55,646 bases of DNA from positions 1 to 55,646 of the forward strand of contig NVVX01000010.1 of assembly GCA_002733545.1 (NCBI GenBank), read 5' to 3'. Made by a program: the position numbers and the translations under genes. The notes beneath the pieces were generated by a model. The model was not told where the DNA came from, made no database searches, and saw only the letters and a program-made list of their open reading frames with translations. This DNA comes from Alkaliphilus sp. (GTDB lineage: Bacteria > Bacillota > Clostridia > Peptostreptococcales > NVVX01). Of the stretch, positions 45,819 through 55,646 are shown piece by piece; within the stretch, counting starts at the first letter, position 1, and every line of letters begins with the position of its first letter.

Positions 45819-46466
45819 ATGAACATTACAGCAGGAATGGTTAAAGAAGTAAGAGAAAAATCTGGCGCAGGTATGCTTGACTGCAAAAAGGCGCTAGTGA
45901 GCTCAAATGGCAATATTGAAAAAGCTATTGAGACTTTAAGAGAAAAAGGATTGGCAGCAGCGGCAAAAAAATCTGGCAGAATTGCAGCAGAAGGAATTGT
46001 TACATCCTACATACATGGGGGAAGAATAGGAGTATTGGTAGAGATAAATTCTGAAACAGATTTCGTAGCTAAAAACGAAGAGTTTCAAGAGTTTGCAAGA
46101 GACGTTGCTCTTCAAATTGCAGCTTCTAATCCAAAATTTGTTAGCAAAGATGAAGTTCCTGAAAATGAGATTGCAAAAGAGAGAGAAATATTAAGAAAAC
46201 AAGCTTTAAACGAAGGCAAACCAGAAAAAATTGTAGATAAAATGGTTGAAGGGCGAATAGCGAAGTACTATAAGGAAGTTTGTTTATTAGAGCAAGTTTT
46301 TGTTAAAAATCCTGATGTTACTATTGGATACCTACTTAATGAAAAAATAGCGAAAATTGGAGAAAAACTGAGCATTAGAAGATTTGCTAGATTTGAAGTA
46401 GGCGAAGGAATTGAAAAAAGAGAAGAAAATTTTGCAGAAGAAGTTGCAAAACAACTTGCAAAGTAA
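45819..46466 (+). CDS. tsf: Elongation factor Ts (short 215-aa form)
   Basis: N-terminal UBA-like domain [20 protein letters not shown]. Core [18 protein letters not shown]. Confidence 0.93.
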   Translation: MNITAGMVKEVREKSGAGMLDCKKALVSSNGNIEKAIETLREKGLAAAAKKSGRIAAEGIVTSYIHGGRIGVLVEINSETDFVAKNEEFQEFARDVALQIAASNPKFVSKDEVPENEIAKEREILRKQALNEGKPEKIVDKMVEGRIAKYYKEVCLLEQVFVKNPDVTIGYLLNEKIAKIGEKLSIRRFARFEVGEGIEKREENFAEEVAKQLAK

Positions 46467-46685
46467 GCTATAATAATTAGTCGCAGGATAAATACCTAAC
46501 AAATTTTTGGAGAGCTATAGTGTAAACTTTAACCTATAAACAGAGCAGAATTTTTTTGATAACTGAAATCACTTGCATTTAAGAGGAGAGCATATACTGT
46601 TCTCCTTATATGTAGCAATAATGTTTTAAAATTAGATGAAGGAATTTTCAATTAAATGTAGAAAACTTCTTTAGGAGGTAAATAG

Positions 46686-47396
46686 ATGACAAGCCCACGT
46701 TACAAAAGAGTGTTGTTGAAATTAAGTGGTGAAGCATTAGCTGGGGATAATAAATTCGGGCTAGATACAGATACTGTAAACATAATTGCTAACCAAATAA
46801 AAGAGATTTCTTTAATGGGTGTACAAATTGCAATAGTAGTTGGAGGTGGCAATTTTTGGCGTGGGAGAACTAGTGCTGGGATGGACAAAGCAACAGCCGA
46901 CTATATGGGAATGACAGCTACGGTTATAAATGGTTTGGCTCTACAGGATGCGTTAGAAAATGCAGGTGTCTCAACAAGACTTCAAACTGCAATCGAAATG
47001 AAACAAATAGCTGAGCCCTATATAAGAAGAAAAGCAATCCGGCACTTAGAAAAAAACAGAATCGTAATCTTCGCAGCAGGGACTGGGAATCCATTTTTTA
47101 CAACAGATACTGCTGCCTCACTAAGAGCTGCTGAAATTGAAGCAGAAGTGATTCTTTTAGCAAAAAATGTTGATGCGGTTTATGATAAAGATCCAGCTAC
47201 TGATGTCACTGCAAAAAAATTCGAATCCTTGACTTATATTGAAGTCTTAAAGCTAGGACTTAAAGTTATGGATTTAACTGCTGTTTCACTATGCATGGAA
47301 AACAAAATTCCAATTAAAGTGTTTGGACTAAAAAACCCAGAAAACATTAAGAAAGTTATTTTAGGGGAAGAAATAGGCACTACAATCAAAGAATAA
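46686..47396 (+). CDS. pyrH: UMP kinase
   Basis: [23 protein letters not shown] and [13 protein letters not shown] motifs. Confidence 0.95.
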   Translation: MTSPRYKRVLLKLSGEALAGDNKFGLDTDTVNIIANQIKEISLMGVQIAIVVGGGNFWRGRTSAGMDKATADYMGMTATVINGLALQDALENAGVSTRLQTAIEMKQIAEPYIRRKAIRHLEKNRIVIFAAGTGNPFFTTDTAASLRAAEIEAEVILLAKNVDAVYDKDPATDVTAKKFESLTYIEVLKLGLKVMDLTAVSLCMENKIPIKVFGLKNPENIKKVILGEEIGTTIKE

Positions 47397-47439
47397 AAAG
47401 ACAAGAAAGTAAATAAATAATCTAAATAGGAGGTATTAT

Positions 47440-47997
47440 ATGAATACTGACATTCATGAAAAACTAGAAAACAAAATGGGAAAGACAATTAGTGTACTGA
47501 AAGAGGATTTAATGAGTATTCGAGCTGGTAGAGCAAACCCGTCTCTGCTAGATAGACTTTCAGTTGATTATTATGGGACACCTACACCTATAAATCAAAT
47601 AGCTTCTGTATCAGCTCCGGAACCAAGACTTATTGTTGTTCAACCATATGATCAAACTGCAATTAAAAACATAGAAAAAGCAATACTCCAATCTGATTTG
47701 GGACTCAATCCATCTAATGATGGCAAAGTAATCCGTTTGAACATTCCTCAACTTACAGAGGAAAGAAGAAAAAAATTGATTAAAGTCGCAAAAAAAACTG
47801 CGGAAGAAGCTAAAATTGCTCTTAGAAATGAAAGAAGAGAAGCAAATGAAGAGCTTAAAAAAATGGAAAAAAACAATGAACTTACAGAAGATGATTTAAA
47901 AAAATCACTAGATAAAGCGCAAAAATTAACGGATAAGTATAGCAAGCAAATTGAAGAAATACTTGTAAAAAAAGAAAGTGAAATTATGGAGGTATAA
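47440..47997 (+). CDS. frr: Ribosome recycling factor
   Basis: [12 protein letters not shown] and [15 protein letters not shown] motifs. Confidence 0.95.
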   Translation: MNTDIHEKLENKMGKTISVLKEDLMSIRAGRANPSLLDRLSVDYYGTPTPINQIASVSAPEPRLIVVQPYDQTAIKNIEKAILQSDLGLNPSNDGKVIRLNIPQLTEERRKKLIKVAKKTAEEAKIALRNERREANEELKKMEKNNELTEDDLKKSLDKAQKLTDKYSKQIEEILVKKESEIMEV

Positions 47998-47999
47998 AT

Positions 48000-48188
48000 T
48001 TGTATATTGCTTCTGATGTTATTGGTCATAGTTTAGAAGAGGCACTATTTTCGTTGGAAAAAGAAGGCTTCTACGTAACAGTGAAAGAAAGCTTAGGAAA
48101 AAAAATGATAGAGCATGGAAAACCGAGGGTTATTAAGCAAGGACCTGTTGTGAAAAACCATATACAACTGATAATTTCATATTTTTAG
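48000..48188 (+). CDS. Candidate 62-aa stand-alone PASTA-like domain protein
   Basis: TTG start lies 7 nt after GGAGG (47988-47992), which sits inside the frr 3' end. DVIGHSLEEALFSLEKEGFYVTV...GKPRVIKQGPVVKNHIQLIIS follows the PASTA pattern (G-x-s-x-x-e-A-x-x-x-L-x-x-x-G, then V-x-x-Q-x-P, then a final beta strand). Followed by a GC-rich hairpin at 48189-48204. Confidence 0.45.
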   Translation: MYIASDVIGHSLEEALFSLEKEGFYVTVKESLGKKMIEHGKPRVIKQGPVVKNHIQLIISYF

Positions 48189-48204
48189 CCCCCATAAATG
48201 GGGG
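48189..48204 (+). terminator. Short GC-rich hairpin after the PASTA-like ORF
   Basis: CCCCCA-TAAA-TGGGGG, a 6-bp stem beginning 1 nt after the TAG stop. The T-run after it is poor (TTGAAAATT). Confidence 0.4.
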
Positions 48205-48270
48205 TTGAAAATTAATTAGAGCGAGAATGCTATCTTTAAGATAGTACCAGAGAAAGGAAGATAGCTAATA

Positions 48271-48990
48271 ATGCTGAACATAAGCAATGTTCCAACACAT
48301 ATAGCAATAATTATGGACGGAAATGGAAGATGGGCAAAAAAAAGATTTCTTCCAAGAGCTTTAGGTCATAAAGCAGGCGTAGATGCACTTAGAGATGTTT
48401 TTACAACTGCTGAAAATATTGGTGTGAAATATCTCACGCTGTATGCTTTCTCAACTGAAAACTGGAATAGACCACAAGATGAAGTTATAGCTCTTATGAA
48501 GCTCTTGGCTGAATACTTAGGAAAAGAAACAAAGAAGTTACACCGCAATAACGTAAAAATCAATGTAATTGGAGACGTAAGTAGGTTTTCAGTAAAGCTT
48601 CAAGCAGAAATTATAAGCGCAATTGAATTAACTAAGTTAAATGATGGACTATTTGTTAACATAGCTCTAAATTATGGTGGAAGAGATGAACTTGTTAGAG
48701 CTGTAAAAAAAATATCTAATGATGTAAAAGAAGATAAATTAGAGGCGCAAAATATAACAGAGAAAATTTTGAGCAATTACCTAGATACTTCAGGTATGCC
48801 GGATGTAGACTTGTTAATTCGAACAAGTGGAGAATATAGAATTAGTAATTTCTTGATATGGCAAGCTGCTTATGCTGAGCTTTGGTTCACAGACGTATTG
48901 TGGCCGGATTTTAAAGGTGCGCATTTAATAGATGCAATAAGTGACTATCAAAACAGAGAACGAAGATTTGGAAAATCTGAGGGGGAATAA
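48271..48990 (+). CDS. uppS: Undecaprenyl diphosphate synthase
   Basis: HIAIIMDGNGRWA, YAFSTENWNRP and RTSGEYRISNFLIWQ motifs. Confidence 0.95.
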   Translation: MLNISNVPTHIAIIMDGNGRWAKKRFLPRALGHKAGVDALRDVFTTAENIGVKYLTLYAFSTENWNRPQDEVIALMKLLAEYLGKETKKLHRNNVKINVIGDVSRFSVKLQAEIISAIELTKLNDGLFVNIALNYGGRDELVRAVKKISNDVKEDKLEAQNITEKILSNYLDTSGMPDVDLLIRTSGEYRISNFLIWQAAYAELWFTDVLWPDFKGAHLIDAISDYQNRERRFGKSEGE

Positions 48991-49766
48991 TGATGCTTAA
49001 ACGATTCATTGGTGGAGCTTTAGTAGTAATTGTTGTTACTCTATCTTTAACAAATATCGTAACATTCTTTGCGTTTATCATGTTGATATCATTGTTAGCT
49101 GTTAATGAACTATATAGGGCATTTGAAAACAAGCAAAGCAGACCCATGATATTTGAAGGAGTATTACTCACTGGTGCGCTACTAATTTGTTTTGCAATTA
49201 GAGATTATTATTTGCTTTATTTTGTAGTAATAACATTTTTCTTTGCAGCAAAATTATTATTTGCTCATAATAAGTATAATGTAGTCGATATTGCTACAAC
49301 TATATTTGGTATTTTGTATATTGGACTAATGTTAGGACACTCGTTTTTCTTTATTAAACATGATTACTTTTTTATGATTTGGTTGGTTTTTATCATTGCT
49401 TGGGCAACCGATACTTCCGCCTACTTTTCAGGTTATCTGTTTGGAAACAAAAAGTTATGTCCTGAAATTAGCCCTAAAAAGACAGTTGAAGGCGCAATTG
49501 GTGGAATTTGTGGAAGCGTGTTAGCAAGTGCTGCTTTTGCATACATTATGATTCCTGAACAAATGTTTTTAGTAATTTTATTAGGTTTTTTAGGAAGTAT
49601 TACATCTCAAATTGGAGACCTTATTGCTTCTGCAATTAAGAGACATGCTGGCATTAAAGATTTTGGTAATATTGTGCCCGGGCACGGTGGAATACTAGAT
49701 AGATTTGATAGTATCATCTTTACAATTCCGCTAGTATATTACTTTGTAACATATATTATGGTTTAA
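48990..49766 (+). CDS. cdsA: Phosphatidate cytidylyltransferase
   Basis: CDS signature SAIKRHAGIKDFGNIVPGHGGILDRFDS. Polytopic membrane protein. Confidence 0.92.
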   Translation: MMLKRFIGGALVVIVVTLSLTNIVTFFAFIMLISLLAVNELYRAFENKQSRPMIFEGVLLTGALLICFAIRDYYLLYFVVITFFFAAKLLFAHNKYNVVDIATTIFGILYIGLMLGHSFFFIKHDYFFMIWLVFIIAWATDTSAYFSGYLFGNKKLCPEISPKKTVEGAIGGICGSVLASAAFAYIMIPEQMFLVILLGFLGSITSQIGDLIASAIKRHAGIKDFGNIVPGHGGILDRFDSIIFTIPLVYYFVTYIMV

Positions 49767-49778
49767 TGGAGAGATGAA

Positions 49779-50924
49779 ATGAAAAAAATTAGTATATTAG
49801 GCTCAACTGGATCAATAGGTTTACAAACCGTTGAAATAGTTAGAGAGCATTTAGATAAATTTAAAATAATTGGCATTGCAGCTATGTCAAATATTGAAAA
49901 ACTAGAAGAGCAAATAAATGAATTCAAACCAGAAATTGTAGCTGTATTTAATGAAGAAAAAGCGAAAATATTAGCTAGTAAGATAAACGAAAAAACTAAA
50001 ATTGTATCAGGGATGCAAGGGTTAATAGAAGTTGCGACACATGATAGAGTAGATATTGTACTTAATTCTGTAGTAGGAAGCGTTGGCATGATACCGACTT
50101 ATCATGCTATACTTAGTAAAAAAAACATAGCATTGGCAAATAAAGAAACCCTAGTTGTTGCAGGAAAAATTATAATGCAAGAAGCTATAAAGAATAACGT
50201 TTCAATTATACCTGTAGACAGTGAACACTCAGCAATATTTCAATGTTTGCAAGGGGAGAGCGTAAAGGATATTGAAAAAATTATTTTAACCGCATCTGGT
50301 GGACCATTTAGAAAAATGAGCAAAGAAAACTTAAAGAGCGCAAAATACTACGATGCACTAAAACACCCCAATTGGGATATGGGAAGAAAAATCTCAATTG
50401 ATTCTGCAACTTTAATGAATAAGGGACTAGAAGTAATAGAAGCTAAGTGGTTGTTTGATATAAGCTGTGAAGATATTGATGTAGTTGTTCATCCACAGAG
50501 CATTATACATTCAATGGTAGAATTTAGTGACAGCTCCGTTATAGCTCAAATGGGACTTCCTAGCATGAAACTACCAATTCAGTATGCTCTGACTTATCCT
50601 ACAAGAGAAAAATCAAGTATACCAAAATTAAAGTTAAGTGAAATAAGGACATTAACTTTTGAAGAACCAGATTTAGATAGGTTCCCATGTTTACAATTAG
50701 CTTATGATGCAATAAAAATTGGCGGGACGATGCCATGTGTACTAAATGGAGCAAACGAAGTGTTAGTAAGTAAATATTTGAAAGAAGAAATTTCTTTTTA
50801 TGATATACCAAAATATGTAGAAAAGGCTATGAATAAACATAGCAGTTTTGATTACACATCATTAGATGAGTTGTTAGAAGTTGATAAGTGGGTAAGGAAT
50901 TGGATAATGAACGAATTAAAATAG
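49779..50924 (+). CDS. dxr: 1-deoxy-D-xylulose 5-phosphate reductoisomerase
   Basis: [14 protein letters not shown] motif, [19 protein letters not shown] and HPNWDMG. Confidence 0.95.
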   Translation: MKKISILGSTGSIGLQTVEIVREHLDKFKIIGIAAMSNIEKLEEQINEFKPEIVAVFNEEKAKILASKINEKTKIVSGMQGLIEVATHDRVDIVLNSVVGSVGMIPTYHAILSKKNIALANKETLVVAGKIIMQEAIKNNVSIIPVDSEHSAIFQCLQGESVKDIEKIILTASGGPFRKMSKENLKSAKYYDALKHPNWDMGRKISIDSATLMNKGLEVIEAKWLFDISCEDIDVVVHPQSIIHSMVEFSDSSVIAQMGLPSMKLPIQYALTYPTREKSSIPKLKLSEIRTLTFEEPDLDRFPCLQLAYDAIKIGGTMPCVLNGANEVLVSKYLKEEISFYDIPKYVEKAMNKHSSFDYTSLDELLEVDKWVRNWIMNELK

Positions 50925-50936
50925 GATGGTGACAAT

Positions 50937-51941
50937 ATGTTAACAGCAATAGTAGCAATTTTAGTTTTTGGTTTACTAATAGCATTTCATGAACTTGGAC
51001 ATTTTGGCGTAGCAAAACTTGTTGGAGTAAAAGTACATGAATTTGCAATTGGGATGGGACCTAAAATAGTAGACTTTACACGTGGTGAAACAAAATACAC
51101 ACTACGACTTTTGCCAATTGGTGGATATGTAAAAATGGAAGGCGAAGACGAAGCTTCTAACGATGAGAGAAGTTTTAATAATAAATCTGTATATGCAAGA
51201 GCAGCAATTTTAGTTGCGGGAGCTATGATGAACTTTATCTTAGCGATTATTCTCTTTACAATTTTGAGCTATAGTATTGGATTTCCAATCACTACAATTG
51301 ATAGCACAATGCCAGACTCACCAGCAGAACATGCAGGACTTCAGAGTGGCGACAAAATAGTTGAAATTAACAATAACGAGATAAAAGATTGGAATGAACT
51401 TGTTTCAGTTATTTCTGACTCAAAAGGTGAAGAACTTGCAGTAACATTTTTACGTGGTGAAAATAGAATGACTAAGACAATACAGCCATTTGTAGAAGAA
51501 GAAACTAAACGCATAATGATAGGGATAGTACCAAGCGTTGAAAAAGCGTTGCTTCCATCTATTGGGCATGGATTTACAAGCGTATGGAGAATAATAGGCG
51601 AGATGGGTAACTTCCTTAGACAACTTGTTACAGGTCAAGCTAGAGATGCAGATGTCGTTGGACCAATAGGAATAATCACTTTAGTAGGTGAAGCAGCAAG
51701 GGCTGGATGGCTAAATGTTGTATTCTTAGCAGCAATGATTAGCATTAACCTTGGACTAATTAATTTGCTCCCTATACCGGCACTTGACGGAAGTAGAATC
51801 CTATTTCTATTAGTAGAATTAGTAAGAGGGAAACCAATCGATCCAGAAAAAGAAGGAAGAATTCACTTTCTTGGTTTTGTTCTTTTAATATCCTTAATGC
51901 TGTTTGTGACTTACAAGGATATTCTTAGGTTGTTTAATTGA
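50937..51941 (+). CDS. rseP: Site-2 zinc metalloprotease RseP/RasP
   Basis: HELGHF zinc motif, an internal PDZ (GLQSGDKIVEINN) and NLLPIPALDG. Confidence 0.92.
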   Translation: MLTAIVAILVFGLLIAFHELGHFGVAKLVGVKVHEFAIGMGPKIVDFTRGETKYTLRLLPIGGYVKMEGEDEASNDERSFNNKSVYARAAILVAGAMMNFILAIILFTILSYSIGFPITTIDSTMPDSPAEHAGLQSGDKIVEINNNEIKDWNELVSVISDSKGEELAVTFLRGENRMTKTIQPFVEEETKRIMIGIVPSVEKALLPSIGHGFTSVWRIIGEMGNFLRQLVTGQARDADVVGPIGIITLVGEAARAGWLNVVFLAAMISINLGLINLLPIPALDGSRILFLLVELVRGKPIDPEKEGRIHFLGFVLLISLMLFVTYKDILRLFN

Positions 51942-52130
51942 GATATACAAAGAGCATATATGTATACCCACTGTTGAGTTTGCAGTTGAGAGAGCTTTAG
52001 AAATGACAATAAAATTGCAGAAATTTAAAGACTGATATAGAACAAAATATACTATTTCAAATCTCGACAAAAAGAGGTATAATGAAATAGTATTTATTTT
52101 TCATATGAAAATACATAGAAGGTGAAAATA

Positions 52131-53177
52131 ATGAGAAAAAGAACAAAAGAGGTACAACTAGGAAATGTGAGAATAGGTGGAGGAAACCCTGTTTCTGTCC
52201 AGTCTATGACGACTTTTGATCCTATATATGTAGAAGATACAGTGAAACAAATAAAGGGACTAGAAGCTGTGGGATGCGATATTGTAAGAGTTGCAGTGCC
52301 AACAATAGAGTCTGCGTATCAACTTGCTAGCATTATGTCGCAAATTTCAATTCCGCTGGTTGCAGATATTCACTTTAACTATAAGTTAGCTTTAGAAGCT
52401 ATAAAGCAAAATGTTGATGGTTTAAGATTAAACCCTGGAAATATTGGAAATGACAACAAGATTAAAGAAATTGTGTTAGCAGCAAAAGAAAAAAGCATTC
52501 CGATACGAGTGGGTGTTAATGCAGGGTCACTTGAAAAAGAACTGCTCATAAAATATGGTGCTCCTACTGCTGAGGCGATGGTTGAGAGTGCAATTAGGCA
52601 AGTATCAATTCTAGAAAAGCTAAATTATGATAAAATAATAATTTCTTTAAAAGCAAGCGATATTAAACTAACTACTGAGGCGTGCGAAATCATATCTCAT
52701 AAAGTTGATTACCCCCTACATATTGGAGTTACCGAAGCAGGCACTACTTGGAGTGGAACAATCAAATCGGCAATTGGAATTGGACATTTATTGCTCCAGG
52801 GGATTGGTGATACTATTAGAGTTTCACTAACAGGCAATCCAATAGAAGAAATAAAAGTAGGTAGGCAAATATTAAAATCACTGGGGTTTATTAAAAATGA
52901 AATAACTGTTATTTCATGCCCTACATGTGGAAGATGCACAGTTGATTTAATTACTTTAGCTAATGAAGCAGAAAAAAGATTTGAAAACATTAAAAAACCT
53001 ATAAAAGTAGCTATAATGGGATGTTCTGTTAATGGACCTGGGGAAGCAAAAGATGCTGATATTGGTATTGCAGGTGGAGTATCAAATTATGTTCTATTTA
53101 AAAATGGGAAACTAGACAGAAAAATAGATATAGACAAAGCACTTGATGTATTACTTGATGAAATAGATAAAATGTAA
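52131..53177 (+). CDS. ispG: 4-hydroxy-3-methylbut-2-enyl diphosphate synthase (GcpE)
   Basis: MRKRTKEVQLGNVRIGGGNPVSVQSMT begins at ATG 52131, after GAAGGTG (the track ORF starts at GTG 52122). Fe-S Cys residues ISCPTCGRC...GCSVNGPGE. Confidence 0.93.
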   Translation: MRKRTKEVQLGNVRIGGGNPVSVQSMTTFDPIYVEDTVKQIKGLEAVGCDIVRVAVPTIESAYQLASIMSQISIPLVADIHFNYKLALEAIKQNVDGLRLNPGNIGNDNKIKEIVLAAKEKSIPIRVGVNAGSLEKELLIKYGAPTAEAMVESAIRQVSILEKLNYDKIIISLKASDIKLTTEACEIISHKVDYPLHIGVTEAGTTWSGTIKSAIGIGHLLLQGIGDTIRVSLTGNPIEEIKVGRQILKSLGFIKNEITVISCPTCGRCTVDLITLANEAEKRFENIKKPIKVAIMGCSVNGPGEAKDADIGIAGGVSNYVLFKNGKLDRKIDIDKALDVLLDEIDKM

Positions 53178-53225
53178 ATAGATAAATTTTTTTAAAAAAT
53201 ATTTTAGAATTATTGAGGTGGTTTT

Positions 53226-55646
53226 ATGAGTAAAAATAAGACGATGAAATTTAATGATTTTTTGAGAGAATTAAACATAGATAGCTTTTTAGAGAATGAT
53301 TGCGTTATAACTCATACTAAATATTATAAGAAAAGCAATAAAATTGAGATATCTCTCAAATCAAATGTAATAATAAAACTTAAGAATCTCGAATCAGTAT
53401 CTGCCTTACTGCAAGATTCTTTGCAATTAGAAGAAAAACCAGAATTCAAAATAAAATATGACATGACATTTAATACAATTGTAGAGTTAATTGAATCGAA
53501 TTACGAGAATTTGCTTTTCTTTTTTAAAAAAGCTTTTCCTTCGCTTTTTAAAGAGAAAAGCGCGCTATCTTGGGAAATAGCAGATAATAAATTAACTATA
53601 ACAGAAAATGAAATTATTATTGTAAATAAAGCTAAAGAAAGAGGTCTTTTAGAGAAGATAGAAAAGTACTTCAGAGATGATTTTAATATTAAAATAGACT
53701 GCAAAGTAGTTTTAGCAACAACTAGCAAGAAAGCGTTAGAAAATGCTGAAAAGGAAAAAGAAAAAAAAATATCAGAGATTGCAAGTGGTATTGCTAAAGA
53801 AAATAAAATAGCACCAACTACAAAACCTAGTAATGGGGCAAGTAGCTCCGGCAAAACTTACAGTGCAAAATATAAGAAAAGCAATACTAAATCAAATGAC
53901 AAATCTGTTGTAATAGGAAAAAAAATCAGCGGCGAAATCGCTACTATTAATAACTTAACGCAAGATGATCATAATGTAATTATTGAAGGTGACGTTGTTT
54001 CAGAGGAAACAAAGACGTTAAACAGCGGAAAAAAATTGTACATTTTAAACATAACTGATTACACAAGCACAATTGTAGTTAAACTATTTGAAAGAAAAAA
54101 TCAAAAAGAAAATATTGAGAATTATTTTGATGTAGGTAAATGTTTGAAAATAAGAGGAGAAGTAGTATACGATAAATTTCTAAGGGAAAATATCATAATG
54201 ATATCTGATATAAATAGCATAGAAAAGGAAAAAAGAACTGACGAAAGTGATGAAAAAAGAATTGAACTGCATGCACATACTAAGATGTCTTCGATGGACG
54301 GTATTTGCCATGTGAAAGACATTGTTAAAAGAGCAGCTAGTTGGGGGCATAAAGCCATTGCAATCACTGATCACGGTGGAGTGCAAGCTTTTCCAGATGC
54401 GGCTTCTGCTGGAAAAAAACACGACATTAAAATTATATATGGACTAGAAGGATATATTGTAGATGATGGGGAGACTATAGTAGAATGCAAAAGCAACTAT
54501 AATTTAGATGAAGAATTTGTTATATTTGATATTGAAACTACTGGACTTTCACCTCTAAACAATAAAATAACTGAAATAGGTGCTGTAAAGATTAAAAATT
54601 CAGCTATTGTAGAAACTTTTTCTAAGCTAATTAATCCAGTTGACAGTATACCAGTTAAAATCGTTGAACTAACAGAGATTACAGACGAAATGGTCAAGAA
54701 CTCACCTAAGATTGAAGAAGTGCTACCAGAATTTATTAGTTTTATTGGGAATGCTCCTCTTGTAGCTCATAATGTCGAATTCGACATTGGCTTTATAAGA
54801 GAAAATGCGAGAAAACTCGATTTAACAACTGAGAACATGCTCCTTGACACAATCAAGTTAGCAAAAGTACTAATTCCTGATTTAAAGAGGCATAAGTTAA
54901 ACACAGTAGCTAAGAAACTTGGAATTAAAATAGGAAATCATCATAGAGCGCTTGACGATGCAACGGCAACAGCAAAAATATTTATTCGATTTATTGAGAT
55001 GATGAAAGAAAAAGATATATATAATGTATATGATATAAACGACAAACTATCAAATGAACTTGATTATAAAAAGTTATTTACAAAACACATAGTAATTTTA
55101 ACAAAAAACTATGTAGGCTTAAAAAATATGTACCGCCTAGTATCAACTTCGCATTTAGATTATTTTTATAAAAAACCAATAATACCAAAGAGTGTACTAA
55201 ACGAACATAGAGAAGGTTTAATACTTGGATCTGCTTGTGTATCTGGTGAGCTTTATCAGAGCATTTTAAGAAATAAAAAAGAATCAGAAATAATAAATAT
55301 TGCGAAGTACTATGATTACTTAGAAATACAGCCTTTAGATAATAATAAATATCTTATAGAAAAGGGCGCAGTCAAAAATCTTGAGAACTTAATTGAGATA
55401 AATAAAAAAATTGTCTCTCTTGGAGATCAGTTAGGGATTCCTGTTGTTGCCACTGGGGACGTGCATTTTTTAGACGAGAAAGATGAAATCTTTAGAAGAA
55501 TTCTTATGTCAGGTCAAGGATATAGTGATGCAGAAGATAGATCACCGCTATACTTAAAAACAACTAATGAAATGCTCAAAGAATTTGATTATTTAGGCGG
55601 TGATAAATCACTTGAAGTAGTTGTAGAAAACCCTAGTAAAATAAAT
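53226..55646 (+). CDS. polC: DNA polymerase III PolC-type alpha subunit (5' 807 codons; continues beyond the window)
   Basis: ATG 53226 follows TTGAGGTGG. I spot-read roughly the first 500 codons and saw no stop. The frame is consistent with running open to position 55646 (2421 nt = 807 codons), because no + strand ORF is listed there; this also explains its absence from the ORF track. PHP motif RIELHAHTKMSSMDG...AITDHGGVQAFP. The 3'-5' exonuclease motif is FVIFDIETTGLS. Confidence 0.93.
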   Translation, partial: MSKNKTMKFNDFLRELNIDSFLENDCVITHTKYYKKSNKIEISLKSNVIIKLKNLESVSALLQDSLQLEEKPEFKIKYDMTFNTIVELIESNYENLLFFFKKAFPSLFKEKSALSWEIADNKLTITENEIIIVNKAKERGLLEKIEKYFRDDFNIKIDCKVVLATTSKKALENAEKEKEKKISEIASGIAKENKIAPTTKPSNGASSSGKTYSAKYKKSNTKSNDKSVVIGKKISGEIATINNLTQDDHNVIIEGDVVSEETKTLNSGKKLYILNITDYTSTIVVKLFERKNQKENIENYFDVGKCLKIRGEVVYDKFLRENIIMISDINSIEKEKRTDESDEKRIELHAHTKMSSMDGICHVKDIVKRAASWGHKAIAITDHGGVQAFPDAASAGKKHDIKIIYGLEGYIVDDGETIVECKSNYNLDEEFVIFDIETTGLSPLNNKITEIGAVKIKNSAIVETFSKLINPVDSIPVKIVELTEITDEMVKNSPKIEEVLPEFISFIGNAPLVAHNVEFDIGFIRENARKLDLTTENMLLDTIKLAKVLIPDLKRHKLNTVAKKLGIKIGNHHRALDDATATAKIFIRFIEMMKEKDIYNVYDINDKLSNELDYKKLFTKHIVILTKNYVGLKNMYRLVSTSHLDYFYKKPIIPKSVLNEHREGLILGSACVSGELYQSILRNKKESEIINIAKYYDYLEIQPLDNNKYLIEKGAVKNLENLIEINKKIVSLGDQLGIPVVATGDVHFLDEKDEIFRRILMSGQGYSDAEDRSPLYLKTTNEMLKEFDYLGGDKSLEVVVENPSKIN

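Noticed and set aside
46584-46606. A hairpin in the tsf-pyrH spacer (AGGAGAGCA-TATAC-TGTTCTCCT) as a terminator.
   Set aside because: The stem contains a G-U pair, and no U-tract follows it. It may be a weak attenuator, but the evidence is too thin to call.

Overview
AT-rich Firmicutes (Clostridia-like) core chromosome. I recognise 63 protein genes, 62 of them on the + strand, in three conserved blocks. (1) rpsP-khpA(ylqC)-rimM-trmD-rplS-rbgA-rnhB-yraN. (2) dprA-topA-codY, then a ~32 kb fla/che super-operon running flgB to sigD. It carries in-operon flbD-motA-motB, a PilZ gene and cheB-A-W-C-D, then a DUF342 gene and three uncharacterised tail genes. (3) rpsB-tsf-pyrH-frr-uppS-cdsA-dxr-rseP-ispG-polC. 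polC runs off the 3' end of the window, so it is missing from the ORF track. The only minus-strand gene is a KamA-family radical-SAM aminomutase. Its substrate-pocket residues look like glutamate 2,3-aminomutase rather than lysine 2,3-aminomutase. It faces a PlsC-like acyltransferase across a 447-bp AT-rich spacer. I found no rRNA, tRNA, CRISPR array, transposase, phage or recognisable defence genes, and I do not see a convincing new multi-gene system. The unusual signals are smaller. (a) A GC-rich palindromic repeat family has five copies in the first 4.8 kb and none that I noticed by eye in the remaining 50 kb. It includes a perfect 32-bp hairpin copy on each side of rpsP-khpA and a half-copy that supplies the rnhB stop codon. 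(b) A helically phased 10-11 bp tandem repeat lies upstream of the rplS promoter. (c) A T14 homopolymer and doubled TGTAGAAA motifs sit in the flgB upstream region. (d) A 170-bp gap inside the fla/che operon holds an 18-bp perfect palindrome. (e) A 62-aa stand-alone PASTA-like ORF sits between frr and uppS. (f) Three uncharacterised genes end the fla/che operon. All calls come from reading the sequence and translations by eye. No searches or folding calculations were run.
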